The position numbers were made by a program, and so were the translations under genes. Positions 49,430 to 60,885 of a DNA stretch of 64,000 bases are shown here, piece after piece. The stretch comes from Neoconidiobolus thromboides FSU 785 (Eukaryota > Fungi > Entomophthoromycota). How positions within the stretch are numbered: the stretch's first letter is position 1; every line of letters begins with the position of its first letter. The stretch spans positions 33,933 through 97,932 of the forward strand of contig MU626327.1 in assembly GCA_025603075.1 (NCBI GenBank), in the 5' to 3' direction. The notes beneath the pieces are model-generated. The model was given only the letters and a program-made list of their open reading frames with translations, did no database searches and had not been told where the DNA came from.

Positions 49430-50978
49430 TACTTAATGACAAACTGCTTAGAATGGATGATACACATACTCCAAAGACAAAAGAGAATAATACATATGAA
49501 GCATAGGCTGAGAAGAAGAAAGGGAGGGAGGTTGATTGTTCAGAAAAAAAAACGGTTTTTGGGAAGGAGTTGAGCATGGTATATCAATACTTAATAGAGT
49601 GAGTCATAACAAGCTTCCTTTCAGTTTATCTTCATTTGTTAATAATACTTCGTTAAGTGAATTAAAAGTTTTTTCAGTATTAATAAATTGAAAGAACCTA
49701 AGTCAGCTACCTGATTGTTTTGTAAATGTATATTGTACTAAAATTGACCCTGAAGGTTACTGGTTGAATAGAGAAACTCTAAATATATTAAAAAGTAGAA
49801 ACAAAATTTTATTAAAATTAATGCTATTCTAGACATTTAATAAAGTTGCAAGGTGAACAATCTTGATCAGATATTGAGTGATAGTATGAATTAGCCTTGT
49901 TTAGGAAATTTAGCTGCTATCACATTGTTTGTTGGAAGATATTTCTATAGGCAACAAATAACAACTGGATTGTTATATATTGATTGTGTAATTAAGATGA
50001 GAAGAGTAAACAAATAATTTGAGTAAAAGTAACAAAAAGTGGGAAAAAGATTTATGAGAAATTATAGATTTATTTCGTATTTTATAAAATGGAAGAATCT
50101 AAAACTGCTAAATATAAATTAAAATTGTGAGTTTAAACATAAATAGAAAAGTAATTTGTATCCCAACAAAAACAAGGAACTCGAATCAAAATATTGCAAC
50201 TGTTGGTAACATTGATTTATTTTCAAACAAGAAAGAATTGGAATCAATTCTTGAAAACAGTTTTCGATCTTCCTATTATGCATCTGTAGTTTAGATAGAA
50301 TTAGAAACATGTAGGCATTTAAGTTACTATAGCGAGAAATAGCAAGAAATCAAACAAGCAGTCAAGTTGAAAATTTATCCTTGTTTTGTGAAGACAATAT
50401 AGTTGTAAAAAAACAACAATAACTGAAATCCATAAAATGATTCAAACGGCTCCGAAAGAGTATAAAACACATGGACTACTTACCCAATCCTAAGCTTATG
50501 AACTTAAAGATTACGGAGTAGCGTTAAACTCAAATTTCCTATCTAATAACTATCCTTATAGGGCCTTAAATATGTGTAAAATACTATTGCTGGATCCTAT
50601 AATAAACTCATCACCTTGATTTTATAAACTACTCTTCAAGGATTACTATTACAAAATGTATACTAACACTATAAATTTACGAAAATTAATCAATCCAGGA
50701 ATCTAACAAAAGATATTGAAAAAAATATTGATTGTCAAGGAATAAATAAGTCAAATAAATTTGTCCCTGTACGCTACTTTTTAATCAATTTTTTATCTAA
50801 CAATATATTAGTTAAAAGAGATAGTATAACATTATACAACTATCTAGTTAAGTTTATAGATTTTATAAAACTACCTTAGCTCGGAAGTTGAGTTCAAAAA
50901 TTCAAAAGTGGGTTTTGAAAAAACCAAATCTTATTTGGATCTTTTTTCTCTTCTAGATCTTATCACCTTCCTTTATAG
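49430..50978 (+). pseudogene. Disrupted paralog of the 568-aa MHR-like gene at 17550-19256
   Basis: MTNCLEWMIHILQRQK..LRRRKGGRL vs LTNYLKWMIYLFQKQK..MRRRKGGRL; CKILLLDPII vs CKLLLLDPII; FEKTKSYL vs FEKIKSYL. Many stops and frameshifts. Confidence 0.85.
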
Positions 50979-51789
50979 TTTGATTATCATAATTTTAATT
51001 AACAAATTTTTAATATAGTGAGTTTATAAGACAGTTTATTTATAATAGGTTATATAGAATATGCTCATTCTTTTAAAATAATTTTCACTTTCTTCATAAC
51101 TATAAACAGAGGTTTCTCTAATAAAGATGTTTTATCTCTTTTCAGATTGTTTAGAAGTAGCTTTTGGAGTCAAATAATTTGTATAATTGCTTTCCTTGAG
51201 CCTGATTCTTATAACAGAATTTTAGCATAAAGTCATTTTTAAATCAATAGTTAGATTGTTCTTGAGAAAAATGAAACAGCTATAATTATATGTAATCATT
51301 CACTTATTCAGTTATTACCAATTCAATTTAAACATAACTTGGAGCATTTTCATTTATATTTAGTGAGTTTAATTATAATAAGTTTTATATTTTGCAAATT
51401 GAAAACCGAAAACACTTATGTTACATTGAATCAAGTGAATTGTAAAGTCGGTTTTTTTAGACATCTAGCTAATCAATGAAGTTGGTATTTAGTTTTTCCT
51501 AAAATCTTGGAACTATAAAATAAAAATAAACTAAGAGATTGTTTATATTAATAGTGCTTTATAGAGAATAGACTAGTTCCAAGAAACGAAAACGTGTAAA
51601 AATAGAATGGTTAGTAAAAACACATCAGAATATAATGTAATAAAGTTACAAATTAAAGATCAGATAAGAAAGCAGTAAATTTAAAAATAGTTTAAAAAAC
51701 TTAATACCAAATATTATAAAAGCATATTTAAATACATTAGTCTTTATAAGAAAGTTAAAGTTTCAATAAAAAAAGAAGATCTAAGAGGA

Positions 51790-53355
51790 GAATTAGCTGG
51801 TAAGTACTTTTGGGATAGTAACTAGTTTGTTAGGAATTTTATTTGTTCCTTGTACTCTAAATTTTCAGATTATTTTGGATGAAGTGAAGTTTTTCTTACT
51901 ACTTTATTATGCTATCTGTTAAACGAGATATTGATTATATTAGTCAATTCTTTATCTTCATTTGCTACAGGTTATTTTATTTCCACTATAGGTTTAACCG
52001 GCTATGAGATTGTTGAAATAATTACATTGGCTGATCTAACTTGATTGGCAAGTAGAAGTATTTTAAGCAGTGTGGATTTTATACCTATAGGTGTTAACAG
52101 TTGGATAAGCACCTTCCTTCCAACCCCAATTGATTTTAATCTTGGAAAGAGATGGGGCTACATAGCCCCTCTTATTATGTTTGTCCCTTATATATTACTG
52201 TTTTTTAGAATGATATTTTATTTATAATACAAAGCTGACAAGCAAACCGATACATTTGTTGGTATTAGATAGTTCAGCCTTAGCAATGGGCTAAAAAATA
52301 TATAACAAATTGGATTTAACCGAATTTTTATTATTAATTACCGGCTTATTGACATTCTTACTACCACTTGATATTATAGATATACCTAAAGATGGTTGGA
52401 ATACCCCAAGTATAATGGTTATAGCTATTATCAGAGTTATCCCACTTATAGTATTAGTTGATGGAAGTACAAATATGCTAAAATATTATTAGTTCCATTG
52501 GAAATATTTCAAAATCAAATCACATATAGTTTTATTTTGATTATGTATTTTGTAGCATTAGACGCTGGAATAAATTGGCAATATCTTTTATTATACTTTG
52601 GTTTCACGTAGGCTTAATCCAACAAGTGCTTCATTGCTGCTTAAGAGATATAAGACAGAATATTTAATTTTTACAATAACTACTGGAATTTTAATAAAGA
52701 AACTTACAAGTGTTAAATACTTAATGATTGCAGGTACTGTATTAAATCGTATATGTTTGGGAGCAATAGTAACAGCAAGGCTCCCTCCCTCGTTCAATCG
52801 ATTTGTCAACCCATGTTATACGAGCACTTCCCGGAGTTGAACAAGCCACAATAGATGAATGTATAAATGTAATTTATGAAGGACCGGTAGATATAAAAGA
52901 AATAGCATTTATAACTAATACTGTTAAAATAATATAAGGAGTTGTTAGGGCTATTGGAGTTACCATTGCAGGCATAATTTGAACCCAACTGATGCCTATA
53001 TTAATTAAATAGAGAGTTGAAGACGAAATCAATATGGAGGTGTAGTGGATCAAATAGTTTATATATTAGGGTTATCAGAAAAGCAATTTGAGCAAGTAAT
53101 TTCGGCTTATGAAGATGTACTAATGGTGTCTTCTAGTATATGTAGAGTGTATTTTTTGTATTAAGAATTTTACTAAAAATCTTCCCGCTCAAATAGCGCT
53201 TAAAAAATGGAAAAAGTGATGAAACCAAAAAAAACATCCTCATATCGTGTGTTTTCGCAGCATTCACGCTATTAACTATCATTTTCATGATCAAAATTAT
53301 TAATGTCCATACTATTCAAAAGTTTAATGGAAGAATTTCAAATAAAAATGAGTAA
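51790..53355 (+). pseudogene. Siderophore-iron transporter (SIT/ARN, MFS) pseudogene interrupted by a MITE
   Basis: Fragments SSFATGYFISTIGLTG..LADLT*LASRSIL, KRWGYIAP, GWNTPSIMVI, AIGVTIAGII and QVISAYEDVL occur in SIT/ARN order with stops and frameshifts. The 5' boundary is approximate. Confidence 0.75.
53142..53241 (+). mobile_element. Sola-like MITE copy inserted in the siderophore transporter pseudogene
   Basis: TSD ATAT/ATAT; removing the element plus one TSD restores the reading frame. Confidence 0.9.
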
Positions 53356-53700
53356 TTCTGTTATAGGTGAATATCTAGATACATTTCAATCATCTTTAAT
53401 ACTTTAATAATCTTTGTTCCGATTAATAAAATAAATGAATATGGTATATATTTTAACCTTAATGGTTTAAAGTTATCTTTATTTAAACAAAATTGAATTC
53501 GATATTTATAATATATATTTCATAGAATACATAATCTGGAATTTATGTGTTATTTTGTAAACATTCAAAGTAAAAAAAGAGCATAAAGTGAAACGATAAA
53601 AAGAATTAAAAGTCACATGTAATGACGATGAAAAGGGGGATTGGAAATATAACCAAAAAGATAAATGTTTAAGTAACATTCTTATAAAAATTTAAAACAA

Positions 53701-55336
53701 ATGGAAGAAACAAACAAAAAAAGAGCAAGCTATATTGAAGGTGACATAGATTATGAAGAAGACGACATAGAGAAAAATGAAAAAGACAAAAAAATCAATA
53801 GAGACCCATTCAATAGTAACGCTTCAATATTAAAATATTTACTAAAAATTAGTATTGAAAGTTTAAGTAAATTTGAACATGAATTGTAAATAAAGTATCA
53901 CTAATAAAACTAGGAAATTATGTATTAGTTTTGGGTATTCGAGGTACTATTAACTTTTTAATAGCAGCTATTAAATACTTGTTATGGTAAATTCAAACAT
54001 ATTGTTTTAATTAATATTAGTAGCTATATAATAACAAATAGGAAGAAAAAGGAAGATATTAATATAAAAAGTTTATATTTGAATCCAGCCATTATAAGAA
54101 ACGGAAAAGTAATAGGGGGGTATACTTTTTTATGGAAGTTTTTTAATTTTATATTTAAAAAATGGGATTTATTTAAAGAAAATCGTTACTTTCTTTCAGG
54201 TTTATTATTCTAGATTAAACTAATAGTAATTTAACGCTAGTTGTATTAGGTATGCTTGCTGGTAGTAGTATATTATTTGAAGTTGAAGAAAGTAGGGTCG
54301 ATTATTCTTTAATGTTATTTTTTAGGTATTTATTGTTTTATTTACTATTGAATAATAATAACCATATTATTATATAGAATATTACAAACCCAAGTAGAAA
54401 AAAGAAAACAGTTGGATTTATATAGTAATGTATTATATGTGTTTTCAGATACTTTGATCCATCTCTCACATGCATTATACCCTCAATTTTTAGATCCTTC
54501 TATTTTTAATATTTTTAATAGATTTGGTAGTATACCACCTGAATCTATTTATGCTAATCAAAGATTATATAATAATCAAAATATTAGCTCATCATTATTA
54601 ATTCAACAAATCAAAGATCAAGGTTTTAATACTAACTATATCAATAATATTGTGACTAAAAACCAACCTTTGAATTGTACTTTTTATCATCCAAATGATA
54701 TTAATTGTAAATGGGCAGTAATTAACAAACTTAAGAAAGTAATTAAATTTACATTACCTGTTTATTTATCAGTCAATCTATTACCAAAAATGGTATTTCA
54801 ACCCGCTCAAATATTAAATAAGTAAGCTTATTATACTATTACTCTATTATTAATAATATATAATAATTAGCCCAAAGAATACATTATTAAAAACGATTCA
54901 AAAAAGCATAAGATCTACTGGATTTATAAGTATTTATATAGCAATTTATCAGTTTTTGGTATGTAAAATACAAAATCAAAGTTTAAACATTATCAATTAC
55001 CCTATTTCGCTATTAAGTGGTATTTTAATAACGATATTTAGCACTATTAATTTGGAATCGAACCAAAGAAAATTAGATTTAGCAAATTATATGGCACCAA
55101 AAGCAGTTAAATCTTTAATTAAATTACTTCATTTTTATCGTCTCATACCAACTATAAAATATGTTGAATCTTTATTATTTGTAATATCTTCAGGTTATTT
55201 AATGGTAAGTAATTCTTATTATTCAAAACTTAATGAAATTAATATTATATTATAGTGGGATTATAAAAATAATTCAGTTTATTTAAAACCTATAGTTAAA
55301 AAGGTATTAAAATCCACTGTCGATTATTCAATTTAA
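53701..55336 (+). CDS. TMEM135: TMEM135 family, paralog 2, multi-exon
   Basis: YALSHALYPQFLDPSIFN-like segment, KFTLPVYLSVNLLPK, RSTGFIS, LESNQRKLDLANYMAPKAVKS and last exon WDYKNNSVYLKPIVK. Confidence 0.8.
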
Positions 55337-55343
55337 ATAAACT

Positions 55344-57236
55344 TTATTCTATTAAATCATAAGTTACTGTAATTTGAGAGTTTAACACCTCTGCTTCAAT
55401 TAAATTTAATTCTAATTTATCTTTCAAATTATTACGTAGCATAAATAACTACAAAATTTAATAAGTCTTATATTATTGCTATATTATTATTATTAATCTT
55501 ACTTCAATATCTTTTACATTATTTGGTATTTTTGTTTTAATAAATTGATATAATGAAATAACTTTAATATTTTTATCAAATAGTTTAATTGTTCTAGTGT
55601 TATCTAAAAATAAGTCAATATTATATAATAATAACATTAGTAATAAGTACCTGGTAATCTAAATAATATTCTAGTACTATTTTCTTTAGGATCTGGTAAT
55701 TCCAAGGGTTTTACACTTGCTATAATTATAATTTAATTAATTTTTAATCTAATTTGTTTATTTTTATTACCAATTATTTCTTCACTTGATTTTATTTCAA
55801 CACACTCGAAGTCTTCCATCGTATGATCATCATTGTTAATATTACTATCAGTATCTTCGTTATCCTCTTCTGAATCTAAGATTTCAATTACATTATCGTC
55901 ATTGGCATTATAACTATCATTATTTAATGAGGCTTTAATTGCAGCTTCAAGCATTTCTTGTTCGCTCATTCTATCAAGGTTCTAAATAAAATAAAATATT
56001 AGTATTTTATAATGATCTAATAACGACTTACTTTAGATACAGTTATATTTAAATCTGGAAACAATTTTTCCCCATTAAATGAATGTTGATTTAAAAATAA
56101 CTTCAATTCATTTATGAAATTGAGTGGGTTTAAATCACCAGGGTTGCTCCATACTTTTATTCTTTCTCCTATAACAACATTAACATATTGTGTATATTAT
56201 GGTATTATGCAGTTCATTACCAGTTCTAGGATCAATAGCAGCAAAATGAGGAAATGAGCGAATGGGGTAAAAATTCTTATAGTTAATACCATTAGAAGTA
56301 TTTGAATAATACTCAACAAAAACAAAATAATTTTTAATAATCTGCATAATTGGCTCATTCTTGTATATTTTATGAATTATTACTATATTGGTATTACTAT
56401 TCATATTAACAATGTTATCTTCTTTTGGTATTAAATTTAATAATAAATATCTATCATTTCTTTTTCCTATTTTCCTTGCTTCATCTAAATTAAGTTTCAA
56501 AGCTACCGAATTTGATATTTCATTAATCTCTCTTTCTTCAATACTCATTCGATGCTCAATTGGGATATTAACTCGATTTCGAAATATTCTATCTCTTCTT
56601 CTATTTCGTAGCAATCGGCTTTGATTTCTTAAATTTTCCCGTATTGTATTGATATCTTCCTCTTCTTCATCATTAATATCTTCTTCTTCTTCGCTTCCTA
56701 CTACTTATTAATATATTTTATTATAGTTATTAATCTTTCTACCTATTTCTACTTCATTATGATCTGAGTTCTCGCTTTCATTTTCTTCATAATCTATCCC
56801 TTCATTATCACTTTCGTTTTCCTCGCATTCTATAGTTCCATTATTACTACTTTCTTCGTCAAGGTTACTTGGCTCTTCAGCGTTATTTTGTTGAAAATAA
56901 TCTTCAATTATTTCTATTGAATTAGTGCTATTATTATTATTATCGATTGCACTATTCCAACGTTGATGTAAAGAACGTGCCAAAGCTTCATCTTCAACAA
57001 TAGAACCATCATTTCTGTTGTTTTCATTACTATCTACAAATATTTTATGATTAAAATATATATCAACTAATGTTAAATTTACTCAAAATATTACTATTTT
57101 CATTTAAGTGACTAGCTTCATAAAATAAAGTGATAGCATTATTTAAATCGCCATCACTCATTTCTAAATAGCTCTTAGCTATATTATTATCGCTGGCTCC
57201 TGTAACCATCAGAAATTGTTGTATAGCCTCTTCCAT
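55344..57236 (-). CDS. UBX5: UBX domain protein (Ubx5/UBXN7-like: UBA, UIM, UAS, UBX), multi-exon
   Basis: UBA-like MEEAIQQFLMVTGAS..LNNAITLFYE, DEALARSL, UAS YPIRSFPHFAAIDPRTG, UIM EQEMLEAAIKASL and UBX RILFRLPD...IEAEVLNSQITV. Confidence 0.85.
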
Positions 57237-57478
57237 TTTAATTTTACTTCTACTTTTAATTTAAATAAAAAATAGTTAATCAATACGTAATTTTTGTTAT
57301 ATACTGCACTAAGACTTGGTTAAATATTAGAGCAATTAAATAGCCTAAAATATATCCATTTATTATTCTAATTGGCTTTTTAACTTAGTCCAACAATTAA
57401 GCGCAATGTTAAATATTCAGAAATAATTAAATATTAATATGCTAAGTCTTAATATATAAATGTATAAGACCAAAGTAA

Positions 57479-57551
57479 GCTTCTTTGGCGCAGCTGGCAG
57501 CGCGTGAGTCTCATAATCTCAAGGTCGTGGGTTCGATCCCCACAGGGAGCA
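57479..57551 (+). tRNA. Elongator tRNA-Met (CAT)
   Basis: Acceptor stem GCTTCTT/AGGGAGC, anticodon loop CTCATAA, T arm GTGGG-TTCGATC-CCCAC. G1:C72 and T54 indicate the elongator form. Confidence 0.93.
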
Positions 57552-57673
57552 TTATAGTGAGTGGGTTCCTCTTTTATAAAAATTAGCCTGCTCCATTGGT
57601 TTTCAATAAAAAACCAAAGCCTTTATTATTGCATTTTTTTTAAATCTTGAAAGGATTCTAATAATAAAGATAT

Positions 57674-57771
57674 GGGGTTGTTTTTTCTGGTTTCATTATC
57701 TTTCCGTTTTTTAGGCGCTATTTGAGTGGAAAATTTGTTAGTAAAATTCTTAAACACAAAAATACATCCTC
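57674..57771 (-). mobile_element. Sola-like MITE copy downstream of tRNA-Met
   Basis: TSD ATAT/ATAT. Confidence 0.88.
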
Positions 57772-57980
57772 ATATTATGAAAATTCGTTCTAAAAAATTA
57801 TTTTATCTAACGACTATAAATAACTAACTAAAATAAATGGTTTAAAAAATCATTAATTTCAAAAAGAACCATTAAATTTAACCAATCTAATTAGCCAATA
57901 AAATTAATTCTATATTTTATAACTTTATAATTTAACAATTATATTAAATACATTGTTTTTACTGAAGAATAGAACAAGGA

Positions 57981-59593
57981 ATGGAAACAGCCAAAAAAGT
58001 ACAAGCGTTAGTAGTCGATGCAGGAGCTATCATCAAAAATGGAATTAGATTTAAAGACTATGCTGATGAGTTTGTTACTATTCAAGAAGTATTGAATGAA
58101 ATTCGAGACAAAGAAAGTCGAAGTCAACTCAACTTATTTCCATATGAAATCAAAGTGCGTATCCCTACCCCTGAGGCTATGAAAGCTGGTAAGTCGTGTA
58201 TTTATAGTTCAAACGACTGTATTCAACTATTTATTAGTTATTGCCTTTTCCAAGAAAACTGGAGACTTTTCTACTTTATCTTCAGTAGATTTAAAGGTTT
58301 TAGCCTTAACTTATATGCTAGAGAAAGAGATTGGGGATATTAGTAAGATTAGAAAAGAGCCTATTAAAGTATGTTATTTTCTTCACCAGAAACAAATATT
58401 GGATATTAATAAATCATAGGCAAAAGTTGCGGTTGGTGGTCAAGTTTTAGGAGATAAGGAAGTTAATATCGAAGATAAAGGTGAAATAGAACAAGAAGAT
58501 GAAGTAGAGGAAGATAAAACACAAGTAAGAAAGAAGGAAGATAAAGAGGTAACATCAGAAAGAGAAGGAGAAGAAAAGAAAATGGAAGAAAATAACGGAG
58601 AAGCTAAATTAGATATAATTACTGAAAAAATAAATGACTTGTCTATTGACAATGAAGATGCTAAATTAAATGATGGTAACTTCATTTTCGTATCGTTATT
58701 ATTTTTATTTATTTTATTTAGCTACATTTGAAACTACTAATGAAGAGCAAACAAAGGATGAAGAAGAAGGTATTAAATATAAATGAAGTATACAATAAAT
58801 AATAACCTAATTTAAGATGAAGAAAGTGATGGAGAAGGTTGGATTACACCACACAATATTAAAAAAAAGCAAATTGAGTTTATGGGAGATTTAAATGAAA
58901 AAGAAGAAACTCGAAAAGTTGGGTGTATTACTACAGATTTCGCCATGCAGGTAATAGATTTTTTAATCACTACTATTATTTATTTATTTCAAAACTTGTA
59001 GAATGTACTATTACAAATGGATTTAGGGCTTATTTCATTAGAAGGATTATCAGTTAAGGAAATTAAAAGTTTTGTATTAAGATGTCACGCATGTTATCAG
59101 TAAGTATCAATAGAATAAAATTCAAATACATCTACTAACACATTATAATGTAGTGTTACAACAAATATGGAAAAAAGATTTTGTCCTAAATGTGGTGGAA
59201 ATACATTAACAAGGGTAACTAGTTCAGTTGATAAAGACGGGAATGTAAGATATTATTTAAAGAAGAATTATCAATATAATCTAAGAGGGACAAAGGTAAT
59301 TATTCAAGATATAATAAGTAAATTAAACAATTAAATAAACAATGTAGTATAATATACCTACCTTTAAAGGAGGACATAAAAGCCAAGATTTGATTTTAGC
59401 AGAAGATCAAAAGGAATACATTAGAGGAATGAAAAATTATTCAAGACGTAAAGAAGTTAATTTATTTGATCCTGATTATTTACCTGGTATTGTCTCTGGT
59501 AAACAAAGTAATACGTTTTTATTACCAGCTATTGGCTATGGTCGTAAAAATCCTAATCAAGCTAAGCGTAGATCTGGTCGTAAGAAGTCATAG
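57981..59593 (+). CDS. NOB1: 20S pre-rRNA D-site endonuclease Nob1, multi-exon
   Basis: PIN domain LVVDAGAII and TIQEVLNEIRD, WITPHN, TTDFAMQNVLLQMGL, zinc ribbon LRCHAC..FCPKCGG. Confidence 0.95.
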
Positions 59594-59848
59594 TTACTTA
59601 ATAACAACTAATATTATAGATAAACTGCATAATAAAATAGAATATAAACTGTTTTAACTACTTGTTAACTGATAGAAAAGAACACTAATTTATAAAATAT
59701 ATTAACATTTATTAGGTTAATAAAAAATGCATTTTATAACTTACTGATTTTTTCATTTGTTATCTACTGTAAAATAAGAAATGCATTAATTGAAACACTA
59801 TTTGAAACAGTAAAAGTGAGAAAGAGAAAGTATTTTTCAGTACAATAT

Positions 59849-60824
59849 ATGGTTAAAGGAATTACTAAAAAAGAAAAGTTGAAAAAAATACAATCTATTT
59901 TTACATCGGTATTTATTATAATTATTATGAGTATTATATGATATTTTTTGTTTTAGTCCGAATTTTTTCAACTTAAAGAGATTGAAAAAAAGGCTAATAA
60001 ATTAGGCATTAGTAAGAACAATGATATTAATATTATAATTTAATATCTATTTTTTAGGTCCTCCATTAGTTAAAGATTTAGTTAATGAACTTATTAATGA
60101 TCAATTAATAGTATGTGAAAAAATAGGCACAAGCAACTACTATTGGGCATTTCCAACTCAATTTTTCAAAAAAGTAAGTTAAACTTTTAAAATAATGAGC
60201 GTGTTTTTTGATTTCATCACTTTTTCCACTTTTTAAGCACTATTTGAGTGGGAAAGCTGCCAGTAAAACTCTTGAACAAAAAAATACATCCCCAATAATA
60301 AATTTATTTTAGAAAAAAGAAGAGAATGAAGCAATTGAAAATAAAATTCAAAGTATTCAAGAAATGAATTCCAATTTCAACAGTAAAGTTGAGCAACATA
60401 AAGCATGGTTAAAAAGTGTAAGGTTAATTTATTTAAAAATTATGTAGTATTTGCTTTTACAATAGAGAGATTATGTTGATAAAATGCAACAAAAAGAAAA
60501 ATTAAAAATAGTTGTTAATAATTTAACAATTGAATTTAATCAAATTAAGAGCAATGATCCAGAAATAGTTAAAAGTAAAAGTAAGTTGCAGTAAATCAGA
60601 TTTAAAATGATAATAATCATTTTAATAGTGGAAAGTATTCAAAAATTAAAATTAGGGATTATCTTTTGGATTGGTAAATATTGTGATTTTTAATAATGAA
60701 ATAATTTAATTATTTAGATAATATAATTGCTATTAAAAAGCATTGTAATGACTGTTTTGGTCTAAAAGAAGAAGACTTTGATAATTTGTTTAACATTCCA
60801 AATGATTTGGATGATTTAATTTAA
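59849..60824 (+). CDS. MND1: Meiotic nuclear division protein 1, multi-exon (not in the ORF track)
   Basis: Spliced by hand: EFFQLKEIEKKA..LVKDLVNELINDQLIVCEKIGTSNYYWAFP..NDPE..W(I)DNI..FNIPNDLD. Confidence 0.88.
60197..60293 (-). mobile_element. Sola-like MITE copy within an MND1 intron
   Basis: Core matches the family; flanks TAAT/AATA are offset. Confidence 0.85.
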
Positions 60825-60885
60825 TAATAAAAACAAATCAAAATATTATAATATAATATATAATTAAATAAAAATATAATTTATA

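Noticed and set aside
57479-57551. tRNA-Met as initiator (its D arm TGGCGCAG..AGCGCG looks initiator-like)
   Set aside because: It has G1:C72, T54 in GTTCGA and no run of three G:C pairs in the anticodon stem, so it is the elongator.
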